Assembly: GCA_963693365.1 (NCBI GenBank)
Contig: CAVNZM010000007.1
Coordinates: 5,577,962-5,641,961, forward strand
Reading direction: 5' to 3'
DNA: 64,000 nucleotides
From: Amoebidium appalachense
Taxonomy: Eukaryota > Protista > Ichthyosporea
Shown: positions 1 through 22,118 of the stretch, piece by piece
Position numbering within the stretch: position 1 is the stretch's first letter
Layout: every line of letters begins with the position of its first letter
The notes under the pieces: model-generated
Told to the model about the DNA's origin: nothing
Seen by the model: only the letters and a program-made list of their open reading frames with translations
The model's database searches: none
Made by a program: the position numbers and the translations under genes

Positions 1-556
1 ACAGTTCTACGATAGTTGTGTGACAACGTGACAGGACTTGACGGTGCAGAAACCTTCAAGCAGGTCACGAGGTCACGGTCCCAATTCAGGAAGCCCCTAG
101 GTATAGGGAGATCGCACCATAACCGGCTAAAAAATACAATATTTAATAATAACTCACCAAAATAAAAACATAACCCCAATAACCATAACCCTATGTGTGT
201 CTGGGCCCTAAATGGGGGGGCTGCCGCCCCCCCCCCCCCCCCCCCCCAACCTCCCGCTAGAGGGGCCTGACGGGCCCTGTATGTCGGTTGGGGATCGAAT
301 CGTTCTCCCCTGATTCCACGTCATCGGATCTTGTTTTGTCCAATCAGGTGCGAGGGGACTTTCGGCGAATGGAACTTTTGTGCGTCGGATGCTATTGTGC
401 ATCAAATACCACGGTACTGTAGTTTTTTATTTTATATTTACCCGTCGCAGTCACCAAAAATAGTGATACATCTGCCACCTCATGATCATCTGCAGCTGCC
501 CGAGCTCTGAATTTTAGACTGTCTGTCGGAGACTCTGCCATGGTGGGCCTGGTAAC

Positions 557-616
557 CAAGGCCTCCTAAATGGTGTGCTATTTAGGAGGCCTTGGTGTGC
601 TATTTAGGAGGCCTTG
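557..616. mobile_element. 60-bp hAT-type MITE
   Basis: Perfect 15-bp TIR CAAGGCCTCCTAAAT (557-571) / ATTTAGGAGGCCTTG (602-616). 8-bp direct repeat CTGGTAAC at 549-556 and 617-624 (TSD). Internal ~22-bp duplication of the right end. An 8-bp TSD is typical of hAT elements. Confidence 0.75.
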
Positions 617-1348
617 CTGGTAACCCCCTTTCACGACAGCAGTGTCTCAGTGTGTCATGCATGCATGTGTCGTCACCCATTACATCATTACAGGCACTGA
701 AGGGGGTTTAGGGCCAGAAAATTGTCCCTGAAGTCGGAAAATTGTCCCTAACGTTTTGATGTTAGGTCCATCAGTATTCCAAAAATTGGCTCTAACAGAG
801 CCAAATATATAAGGAAATACACCCAAAAACGGTTGTTGGCTCTATTAGGGCCATTTAGGCTGGTGGAAAGTTGCCAAAATGGCACCAGGCAAAAACAAAT
901 TTCACACCCTGATTACAGGGCACATACGTATACGTGGAGCCTCAGCCTCCTTCAACTCGCTGAGGGAGCATGTAGCCATGCATCCGATAGAATGGCCGAT
1001 ACTACCTGGCGTGTGTGCAAGTAGAAACGGTTCGCTCGTGGCACCATGCATAACCGCAAGATGTCGCACGATATGTGTTTCATATGAGCGAGTGAGTTGT
1101 ATATTGGAGTTGTATGCCAACTGCAAATTTTCGTCGAAATCGATTGAAATCAACTTCAGTATCACTTGATTAAAAAAGGGGAAGCATCATCGCCGGGAAG
1201 GGAGGGGGGCTGTCCGGGGGGGAGGGGCCGGGGGGGGGGGGAGGGAGGGGGGAGGGGAGGGGCCGGGGGGAGGGGGGAGGCGCAGGGAAGGGAGGGCGGG
1301 GCTGGAGAGAGAGAGGGGGTGAGAGTCTGAAGGAGAGAGATAGAGATA

Positions 1349-1616
<268 letters not shown>

Positions 1617-2381
1617 GGAGAGAAAGAGCAGGGGGGTCACAGAGAGAGAGAGAAAGTGGGGGGAGGGTTTTACTTTGGACCCAACCCTACTTCCGGCCAG
1701 GAGAGGCTTTCTCGTTCGGGAGGGGGAGGGGGGATAGGAGGGAGGCCCGGGGGGGGGGGGGGGGGGAGGGGGGGGGGGAGACACGTGTACACATAATATC
1801 AGGCAAAAAGCTACTACAGCTGTCACCCCTCCTCTTCTCCCCGCCCTAGATCCTAGCGGTGCAGAGCTGCACCGTACAGCCTACAGTGACGCTCTAACGC
1901 AGGCATCCACAAACACACTCGCTCGGGACACGACCACTACTACCAGTACTGAGCCTGCTGATAAGTTCATACCCGGCCCGATCGCGCACACACACTTTCT
2001 CTCCCCCCATTTTCCTCTCTCACTCCCCATTTCCTCCCCCCTCCCCCCCTCCCCCCCCCCAAACACACACACACACACACACACCACCACCACCTAGTAC
2101 ACCATCACCATCGAGATTCTCTTATTTTACCTCATAAACCTCCTCCCCTCACCCCCCTCTCCTGTGGTGCATACGTGTGTATATAGTATATGCATCGCCA
2201 ACAACACCCATACACATAGACAAGCACAGAGACGTGTGAAATTCGAAATTCACACAGAAGCCACACGTGCACACGTGTATATATATGCGATAATTATATG
2301 TGTGGGCAGAGGCGACAAGGGAGGAACTAGCTAGGCATACTCGTGGTACCATATGCACACACTCAAACCGCGGGCGCGCGC

Positions 2382-2569
<188 letters not shown>

Positions 2570-2648
2570 CAGACACGCACGCACGCACGCATGCACGCAC
2601 ACACACACACTCACACTCACTCAGACACACACACGCACAAACACACGC

Positions 2649-2706
<58 letters not shown>

Positions 2707-3073
2707 ACACACACACACTGTGACACACAAACACACAGTGAGCACGGCAACATTGTTAACCTATCAAAATTTGAAGCGCCCATCGGAGTGTTACTGATTT
2801 CAGCAAATTGGTGGATGGGGGCAACGGAGAGACTTTCGGAGTTGTTTCAACAGTGTCCATCACCGGGAAGAAGACGGGGGGGGGAGGGGGGGGGGGGAGG
2901 GGGGGAAGGGCGGGGGGAGGGGGGGGGGGGGGTAGGGTAGGAGGGGAGGGGGAGAGGGGGGGGGGGGGGGGGGGGAGGGTGTCACACCCACCAGCCCACC
3001 AGGCAGGTGGAGATCTCTTCCCTGCCCGACCCGGGGGGAGGGGGCCGGGGACCCACCCACCAATGCTGTTAGC

Positions 3074-3178
<105 letters not shown>

Positions 3179-3195
3179 CGTGCGCGCACGCGCGC

Positions 3196-3226
<31 letters not shown>

Positions 3227-3383
3227 TTGGGGGGGGAGGGGGTCTTCCACGTACACCAGCCCAAGCTGGTGGCCCCCCCCCCTTCTTCTTCCCCCCCCCC
3301 CCCCCCCGGGCCCGCCCTCCTCCTCCTCCACCACCGGTCCTCCTTCCCCTCCCTCTTTCCCCCAAACCACCCCCCTTCCCCCC

Positions 3384-3414
<31 letters not shown>

Positions 3415-4177
3415 AAAAACCGTTGAAAACAAAAAAATCAATAGGGGGCACCCCGATTGGTACTACTGCCCCCTCTCTCTCCCCCCCCTCTCTCTCCCCC
3501 TCCCCCCCCTCCCCCCCCCCCCCCAAAAAAAGGGGGGGGGGGGGGGGGGGGGGGAGGGGGGGGGGGGGACTCGATTGTTACTACTGTAAAAAATAAATAA
3601 CAATACAAAAATGCAAATAGGAGGCACTCTAGTTCAGCTACTGCCAAAAAAAAAAAAAAAAAAAAAAAAAAAAGAAAAAAAAACTCACATTGGCAGGAGG
3701 TGCTCCGATTTTTACCACTGCCCCCCTCCGGCATTACTGATATCACTCACTCACTAGGAGTGAGGCCTTCAAGCTAGTATATGGCATCTGTTTGGCTTTG
3801 AAATGGGGGGCCCTCAGGGGTGATGGGGGTGCGGGGAAGGGGTGGGGAGAGGGGCACAAGTGAGCTCGAGAATTCTCTATTGTGCCCCCCCCTTTCCCCC
3901 CCCCTCCCCCCCCCCCCCCCCCCCCCCCCGCCCCGGTCCCACGGGCCCCGGGCAGGTGGCTCCCCAGGATGCGGGAGTCTCTTTCTCCCTACACCCACTT
4001 ACCAACTTCTTAGAGTCGATCTAATCAGCATTGTTTTTTTCTTTTTTTTGGAGTGGTGCGAGGTCGTTATTGTGCTCACCACATCCATGTGTGTGTGTGT
4101 GTGAGTGTACATGTGTTGTCTGTGGCAACGTGTGCGTGTGTAATTTATGTTTGTGTAGTTGTGCGTTTAACAATAAG

Positions 4178-4700
4178 TAGCGGTGTGGCACATGACTCGA
4201 AATACGGAATCACGGTGACGTTCGCCACTGCTAACCGCATTAAAATGTTGTTGTGTGGACGAATACTTCGCTTGATTCATCAAGCTCTATTTAGAGATGT
4301 ATTTAGGCCAACTGATTGGTTGGAATAGGGTTCCAACAATCAGTGGCCACTAGGGAGCCGACTATGGTATATAGGCGGCGACTCGTTCTACTCGTCTTAG
4401 CTTTGTTTCCCCGTCGGCCCCTACTTAGCTGTAGAGGGCCGACAGACGGCAGGAGGCTCGGCTTAGCTCGGTAGGGCGGCGTGGCGCCCGGGTAGCAGTT
4501 GTGGAGCGTAATTAGCAGTGGTGGGTAAATCTAAATAGATAGCTATTTGCGTAGGGGTGAGCTGCACCCACGGCCTGAGGGCAACTGGGCTGCGGCCCTT
4601 TCTAGTTAGGTTCTACGAGCGCGCATAGTGTTGTAGATAAACTGTTTGCGAGCGCGCTTAGTGCTGCAGACAGGTGTAGTGTCTCAATTTCTTCGAAGGC
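4178..4700 (+). ncRNA. Putative structured leader / ncRNA upstream of the RT ORF
   Basis: Chain of stem-loops at 4270-4285, 4306-4348, 4354-4384, 4413-4443, 4474-4489, 4534-4549 and 4555-4569. CTTAGCT occurs three times (4396, 4424, 4462). Imperfect 33-bp tandem pair at 4616/4649. No long ORF. Transcription is inferred, not shown. Confidence 0.4.
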
Positions 4701-4703
4701 AGG

Positions 4704-6626
4704 ATGGGAGATGCAAGTGATGCATCCCAACTGCCATTGTATCAGAGAGTTCGTGCCTGTGTAGATGAGTGGGAGCGTGGGGGTGCGTCTAAGGAGGTTT
4801 TGTTCTGGATCAAGTACGGCATCACACCAGAATGGAAGAGTGCGCGTCCTGCCCCTTTTGACGCAGGTGGCTATCTGGATATCGGCGAAGTTTCAGAGGC
4901 AGAAGCGGCAGTGGAAGTTGAACGGTTAGTAAATAAGGGGGCCCTTGAGACAGTGCCTGAAAGCGCAAAATGGTGTGTTTCGAAGTCTTTTGGGCTGCGG
5001 AAGCCCAACGGAAACGTCCGGCTCATTATTGATATGCGTCCTGTGAATGAATACGCCGTCGCACGTGGTATCAAGTACGAAACCCTCAGCGATTTGCGGG
5101 CGCTCGCGCAGCCGGGTGACCACGCTTTCAGTTTCGACCTCGAAGACGGATATTTTGCACTAGCCATTCAACCCCGGTTCCGCAAGTATTTCCAAATTCG
5201 TGTGGGGGGACAACTCTTCCAGTACACGGTGCTTCCCTTCGGTTACTCCCTCAGTCCCTACTTTTTCATGCGCCTTATGCGCGAGTTCGCGCGTCGGTTA
5301 CGTGCACGCGGCATCCGTTCGTTGGTTTTCCTCGATGACTGGGCCATCTTCGAACAGGCGGCACGGGCACTCGACACACGCGGGGTGGTGGAGCAGGAAT
5401 TGAAAGTCACCGGCCTTACGAAGCATCCGAATAAGGCTCATTGGGACCCAGTGAGTGCCCTCGACCATTTAGGCATCCACATAAATTTGGAGGAAGGGTA
5501 TTTGTCTCCCACATTGGCGTCTTTGGAAAAATTATCGGGGGAAACACGTTCTTTAATGGCTAAGGCGCGCAAAGGACGGCGGTGGGTGGAAAAGAAGCAG
5601 GTGGCTAGATGGCTAGGGTTGGTTGTTAGTTTGCGTGCGGCGGTGCCTCATGTACTCACGGTTGTCCGGCCGGTGTACGGTGCTCTACGCGGCGGGAACT
5701 GGCGTAGCTTTGTGCGGTTAACGGGTCGGCAGCTACGCATTATCGGTAAAACCATGGGTATAATAGGTCGGCTTCCCCTCACGGAAATCTGGCCTGAGCC
5801 TATCACGGCCACTCTCATCACAGATGCTGCCACCTCACACGGGTGGGGGGCAGTACTACAGTTGGGCCTACCAACCCAGCAGGTTGTGGAGGCTTTCGGT
5901 CGTTGGGCGGAGAGCGATGCACCGCGGGCGGCGGCAGTGGCGGAGTGCGAGGGCCTACTCGAGGCCTACCGCAGGCCCGAAATGCAGGCCCTAATCCAAC
6001 GTCAGCGCGTACGCTGGCAGTCAGACGCCCAGGCCGCGTTGGGCGCGGTGCGCAAAAAGGGCAGCAGCAGCCCCGCCATGCAGCGAGTGCTATGGCAACT
6101 GCTGCAGTTGTGTTTGGAAAAGGGGCTCCCCTGGCCCCAAGAGCTGTCATACATTCCGGGCGAAGTGAACGACCGTGCGGATTGGTTGTCGCGGATTGAT
6201 CCCCGCCACGAGTGGTCGGTTACCCCTGCGGGGGTCGAGCGTATCGAGCAGACACTCGGATTGCACACGGCGGTGGATCGGTTTGCTACACCCTTGACAG
6301 CAGTCAAACCCACGTTTCACACATGGACCGCGGTGGTCCCCGTGAGCGGTGGGCAGGATGGGCTTGCCGCCGCATGGCAGGCCCCCAGCTGGTGGGCGCC
6401 ACCGTTTCCGTTGATCAAGCGGACAGTGGCGAAGATTCAGCGGGAATGTGCGCAGGGAATATTAGTGGTCCCGGTGTGGGACACCGCCTTATGGTGGCCG
6501 GTGGTGCAAGGGATGGCACAGGCCCACACGGACCTAGCCCCCGAAGAAGTGGTGTTTCCGGTCGGTGTCCGGTCTTGGCGAATGCGTGCCTTCCTATTGG
6601 ACGGCAGCACCCGCCCCCCTTCATGA
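4704..6626 (+). CDS. DIRS/tyrosine-recombinase-retrotransposon-type polyprotein: reverse transcriptase + RNase H + Dam-like methyltransferase-like domain (640 aa, intronless)
   Basis: RT motifs RLIIDMR, FSFDLEDGY, LPFGYSLSP and VFLDD (FLDD at 5328-5339). RNase H acidic tetrad in LITDAA, AECE, QSDAQ and YIPGEVNDRADWLSR. C-terminal VDRFA...WAPPFPLI...ILVVPVW...WWP matches the DIRS-associated N6-adenine MTase-like domain. The N-terminus QRVRACVDEW...VLFWIKYG matches the usual start of DIRS RT ORFs. The frame is uninterrupted. Confidence 0.9.
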   Translation: MGDASDASQLPLYQRVRACVDEWERGGASKEVLFWIKYGITPEWKSARPAPFDAGGYLDIGEVSEAEAAVEVERLVNKGALETVPESAKWCVSKSFGLRKPNGNVRLIIDMRPVNEYAVARGIKYETLSDLRALAQPGDHAFSFDLEDGYFALAIQPRFRKYFQIRVGGQLFQYTVLPFGYSLSPYFFMRLMREFARRLRARGIRSLVFLDDWAIFEQAARALDTRGVVEQELKVTGLTKHPNKAHWDPVSALDHLGIHINLEEGYLSPTLASLEKLSGETRSLMAKARKGRRWVEKKQVARWLGLVVSLRAAVPHVLTVVRPVYGALRGGNWRSFVRLTGRQLRIIGKTMGIIGRLPLTEIWPEPITATLITDAATSHGWGAVLQLGLPTQQVVEAFGRWAESDAPRAAAVAECEGLLEAYRRPEMQALIQRQRVRWQSDAQAALGAVRKKGSSSPAMQRVLWQLLQLCLEKGLPWPQELSYIPGEVNDRADWLSRIDPRHEWSVTPAGVERIEQTLGLHTAVDRFATPLTAVKPTFHTWTAVVPVSGGQDGLAAAWQAPSWWAPPFPLIKRTVAKIQRECAQGILVVPVWDTALWWPVVQGMAQAHTDLAPEEVVFPVGVRSWRMRAFLLDGSTRPPS

Positions 6627-6750
6627 TTGGATGAAAATCACTCGCCGCGCTGCTCCTGCCATCCAGCTTTGTGTATTATTTCTGTAAAATAAGAATGTGG
6701 TCGAGAATAAGATTTTGCCCGGTTACATGCATGTGTCGCTTGGTGCCAGT

Positions 6751-7450
6751 TAGGGGTCTGTAGATCTATCGGGAATTTCTCGTGATATTTAGGTACCTGT
6801 TGAGAAAGGAAAGAAGCCGGATATTTAGCCACGTTTTTGGGAAATGAAAATGATATTTAGGTACATGTGGGATAGATCGATCTGGGGATCTATCTCGAGA
6901 AAGTCGAAAAATTGAGGCGGGATAGATCCAAATATCTCGTGGTCTAGGTGTATATATATTTAAGTATTTGGGGACCTGTAGGCAGCTTAAGGGGCTGTGG
7001 ATTCATTGGCCCATGTTAGAGAAAGATTTAGAAAAACACTAATGGCGTAGTTTTCTTTGAGGTGGGCAAAAGAACCATATATGGTCGACGTGGCCCAGCT
7101 TTTTATTGGCCTACGGTGTTTTGGCGGGCAACCTAACACCACTTAAAAATTTGCAATTTGGAGGGAAACGATGGTAATGGTTCGTTTGTAACACCGATAC
7201 AAACAGTCGCTTGTTTACGCCAATCAAAACATTATTCGGGGCGATGCCGGCTGACCTTGAAAGGTATATATGCTGTAACTCGCTATTGTTTGTCTGCTCT
7301 CTGCAGCAAAGACTCTCGATCCACTCACACTAAGTGTGCCCCCCTCCTGCCTTGCCGTACCTGGCCAACTTTTGCTGCTGCAGATTTTCACTGCATTTCC
7401 ATGTGCACAAATCTCCCTGCCTGCCCTAAGTCCATACTCACACTAAGTGA

Positions 7451-7489
<39 letters not shown>

Positions 7490-7718
7490 CCTCTGGATCT
7501 TGAGATTTTTCGACGAGATATTTAGGTAAACTGTGGGAAAGTCCGAGATAGATGAAAGATATTTAGGTAGGGTTTGGGATAGATCAAAAGAAATTTAGGT
7601 GCTTTTTTTGAGAATTTCCGGGAAATGATCTAAGATATTTAGGTAGGTTTTGGGATAGATCGAGAAAGAGCCACTTGATATTTAGGTACCTTTTTTGAGA
7701 TAGATTTACAGACCCCTA
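6751..7718. mobile_element. Non-autonomous hAT DNA transposon (968 bp)
   Basis: TIR TAGGGGTCTGTAGATCTATC (6751-6770) vs GATAGATTTACAGACCCCTA (7699-7718), one mismatch. 8-bp TSD GTGCCAGT at 6743-6750 and 7719-7726. Subterminal motifs GATATTTAGGTA and GGGATAGATC cluster near both ends. No transposase ORF. Confidence 0.88.
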
Positions 7719-7931
7719 GTGCCAGTGTGTGTGTGTGTGTAGCGTGCTGCTTGTGTGGGGGTGTGTGCAAATAAGTGTGTATGTATGTGTATACTATATG
7801 CGTGTGTGTGTCTCTTTCCCTCTGTCGAAAGCGCGCTCTCTCTCTCTCTCTCTCCTCTCTCTCACACACTCTCACTCTCATTCTCTCTCTCTCTCTCCCT
7901 CTCTTTCCCTCTCTCTCTTTCCCTCTCTCTA

Positions 7932-8289
<358 letters not shown>

Positions 8290-8327
8290 TGCGTGTATGT
8301 GTGCGTTTGTGTGTGCGTGTGTGAGTG

Positions 8328-8405
<78 letters not shown>

Positions 8406-8558
8406 CGGTGTGTGTGTGAGCCCGCGAGGTATTGAAACGGTGCAACCCTTGGAACCTTCATTTTGTCTGTGTGTATGCCGTAAGTGTGCATGTTTCCTGC
8501 CTGTGTCCTTTTGCCCCTGGCACTTTTTTAATACACAGGTGCTTGTATTCTCCGTGAC

Positions 8559-8591
<33 letters not shown>

Positions 8592-8869
8592 TGTGTGTGT
8601 GTCTGTGTGTCTGTGTGTGTGTGTGTGTGCGCGCACACACACACACACCACTGTATTCTTGTTGACACCATGCACGCGTGCTCACTTTTGGGTGGAGGAG
8701 AGGGGGGGAAAGGGGGGTTGAGGTCAATTTGGCACGCTGGTCTGTATCATACTTGTACTACAAGCAGAACAAGAGAGCAGTACTGCTATCAAGTTGGAGT
8801 ATGTGTGTGCCCTTAGGAATTCATGGTTTGGAAACGAAGCGGGGGGTAGGGGGGGGGGGGAGGGGGGGG

Positions 8870-9190
8870 GGACACCCATGCCTTTGGACAGTGGGTCCCC
8901 CCCACTCGGGGGAGGGGAGGGGGGGGGTTTGCACCCACCCTGTTGGCTAGCAGGGGCCGGGGGGGGGGGGGGGGAGGGGGGACCGAGGGGACCCACCACC
9001 CACATCGAGTAGCTGGGTCCCCCACCCCTTGGGGGGGGGGGGGGGGGGGGGGGGGTGTTGCACCCACCCTTCCGGCTAGCAGGGGGGGGGGGGGGAGGGA
9101 AGCGGGGGGACCCACCACCCACCTCGAGTAGCTGGGTCCCCCTCCCCTTGTGGAGGGGGGGGGAGGGGGGGGGGGGGGGCTCACCCACCC
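8870..9190. repeat. ~120-130-bp degenerate tandem repeat of GGGGACCCA...TGGGTCCCC hairpin units separated by G-runs
   Basis: Units at about 8931-9020 and 9061-9140 share CACCCACCC..GGCTAGCAGGGG and GGGACCCACCACCCAC..CGAGTAGCTGGGTCCCC. A partial unit lies at 8870-8902. Confidence 0.7.
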
Positions 9191-10027
9191 CATGGGCTGC
9201 CATTATGTGACTATATATCAGATAACCTGATCATATAATAGTAATAGCGGTTTACATATATTGCCAAAAACTAAACATTGATGCTGACTAACCGGATTCC
9301 TTGATCACCCGAAGCTCACTCTACATGATGTAGTATGCCGTACAGTCGTACTGCCCCCGCCCCCCTCCCCCTCCCCCCCCCCCCTCCCCCCCCCTCCCCC
9401 CCCCCTCCCCCATCTCTCACATTCGTCTCCAGTCCGGTGCCCACCGCTGCACACGTACACTTATAGAATTCACAAGCACCAGACCCTGCACATGCGTATC
9501 ACATGTACCACGCACACGCAGGAGGTACACAAAATTTGACCAGCAACGAGCACTGATGATGCGATTAATGCATGAACATGCAGATGCACTCACCCACACC
9601 ACACACACATACCGTCCCCGCCATATAGATTCGCACACGAACACTGCACGATGAGCACGATAACCTTGCCTCCGATATTCATAATCTAAAAATAGTTGAC
9701 CGTTGCGCGCGCGCGTGTGCGTGTTGTGTGTGTGTGTGTTTTTGTGTATGTGTGTGCATATGTGTATGTGTGTGCAGTGCATACGTGCGCGTGTTGCACA
9801 TGCACCTAATTGTGAAAATCGGCAGGGTGAGAGAGGGGGTGGGGAGGGAGGAGGAGGCGTGTGGGTTGGGAGGGGAGGGGGGGGAGGTTGGATCGTTCAA
9901 AAATGTTATGGATTAGTCACTTTTTCTGTGGACAATACGAAGCAGACCTTGCAAAGAACACACAAAGAGCATGCAATCCGGCAGATTGAGAAGAGCACCA
10001 GCACGAAGGGGTGTAAATGTGTGTCAG

Positions 10028-10148
<121 letters not shown>

Positions 10149-10237
10149 CTGTGCGCGCGTGTCATGGTGGTGTGTGTGTGTTTGTGGAGGAGGGGGGGGA
10201 GGGGGATATGCATCAGTGGCAACACGGAATCGATTCC

Positions 10238-10288
10238 TTTTTTTATGATGACTTTATTGATGTGCTTGTCAAAATAGAAGCAATCGAG
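10238..10288 (-). mobile_element. 3'-terminal LINE fragment with poly(A)
   Basis: TGACTTTATTGATGTGCTTGTCAAAATAGAAGCAATCGAG matches the LINE 3' end at 60942-60981. It is preceded on + by a T-run, i.e. poly(A) on the minus strand. Confidence 0.75.
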
Positions 10289-11170
10289 CAATTCCTCAAA
10301 AAGAAAGAAAGAAGGAAAGAAAGAAAGAAAGACTCTAAGAAAAAAAGAGAAAAGAAAAGAAAAGAAAAGGAAAGGAGAAAGTAACCTTTGCTGGGTGGAA
10401 AAGAGACTCTGGCCCTGGTCACACACACACACGGGGAGGGGGGGGGAGGGGGGGGGGGGGGGGGAGGGGGCTGGGGTGGGGTGGGGTTGGGGGGGGGGGG
10501 GGGGAGGGGGGGGAGAGGGGGGCTCGGAGGGTACCACCAGAGGGGACGTCGATGTTTACTACTCTCCCGTCACCTATTCATTGAAATTCACAAATCCCGG
10601 TAGGACAACAAAGTATACTTTGCCACTCGGGGCCTCTAGCTGAATCCCCTGGGGGAGAGTACTATTATCAAGGGAGGAGAAGGAAGGGGCTCAGGGTGGA
10701 GAAGGACTCCGAGAGCCTGAAGGGAAAACGGGAGGGGAGAGTTGTCGAGGGCGGGGGAAAGGAGGAGCCTGAGAGAGGGAGCGGTGGCGGAGGGGCCCGG
10801 GAAAGGAGCGGGCGCGCGGAGGGGGGTGTGGGGGGGGAGGGGGCTGGGGGAGCTGGGGGGGGGGGGGGGGGGGAGGAGGGGGGAGGGAAGGGGGGGAGGG
10901 GGGCGCCCGAGCTGGCGAAGGGTTGACTGAAACTGGGCATTGGCTGGCCAAAAAAGGCGATTTTTGTTGGTTTGTACATGTAAACAAACGCCAAAGTGAC
11001 GTCGCAGGGTCCAAAACAAAACAAAAACATTCCCTCAGGGCTGACAGCGAGACGTGAGAGTCGCTGAAGCGCATAGCGAGTTCCATATATATTCCATATA
11101 TATACAAGGGGCTTCCACTAACATTCATAGTTAAAAGGGCGGTGCACCACAACGCACTTTGAGTGAGAGA

Positions 11171-21131
<9,961 letters not shown>

Positions 21132-22118
21132 GCGGGTGGTGTGGTCTCCCGCCGACGCATTTTCGTTCTGTGTGTTGAGCCGTTTCGTTGCTAGAGTCTG
21201 ACTTGGTGCATGTACTGTATGCCGTATTTTTTTTCTTCCATTTTTCAGCATTTTTCTTCCTTTTTTTCTCCCCATTTTTCTCTCTCTCTCCTTTTCTTCC
21301 TCCTTAGGGTATATAACACGCACACGATGTGCTAGGAGAGTAAACCCAGAGCAGTGGTTAGAGTTATCCGGAGTAAATATTTCCGGGGATTGGTAGTTAA
21401 TCTGATGATGTAGCATGTGTGTATTGGAAAAGGGGTCAAAGAGAAGAACATATGATTAAAGAAGAGTCACTATAAGGACTAATTTTTGAAAAATAATGTA
21501 ATGTTAAAAAAAAACATCAGCATATAGGGTAGGCAACATAAAGTTCGAAGTTTCAATGACTTATATTGACAAGTTTTGTTGATTTTATTTATCATCATTT
21601 ATCATTATTGATCATTGACGTGCAGCTGCAGCCACTGTAGTGTCATATGTATCGTCCTATGATATGGATGGAAGTCATAATAAACCTTTTGGTAATAAAT
21701 TTGAACCCCTTGACCCTAATACATATAGAATGGAGAGCACCCGAATAAGTAACAATGGAATTGACCTAAGCCAGCCAGCCCCCCCCCCCCTCCCCCACCC
21801 CCTGCCACCACAAGCCTGGTGACCACCACCACACCACATGAGCCAACACACCTGCACGCACACACATCCCACCGAAATGTAATGTGATGTGACAATGCAA
21901 TCCACTGCGGGGCAAAAAAAAAAAAAAAAAAAAAAAAAAAGGTAGTTCCCGAAGTCAACTATTCACATCCCTGTCCCCTCAACACTCATTTATGCGGACA
22001 AAGGGGGAAATAAAAAAGAAACACAGCATACAGTCATATGTTTGCATTTAACAGTCTAAAAAACCGAGGTACCGTACAACAGCACCAATAAGGCTATATT
22101 CACTGTTTGCCCTTAGCC

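Noticed and set aside
4455-4510. tRNA gene in the RT leader (TAGCTCGGTAGGGC)
   Set aside because: Only a D-arm-like fragment. There is no anticodon arm, T-arm or acceptor pairing.
6212-6634. Overlapping ORF as the DIRS tyrosine recombinase
   Set aside because: Only 140 aa, GC-driven, and lacking the R...HxxR...Y catalytic pattern. The 5843-6199 frame fails in the same way.
6760-7718. GATATTTAGGTA repeats as a product or target array of the adjacent RT
   Set aside because: Fully explained as subterminal repeats inside a hAT element with TIRs and an 8-bp TSD.
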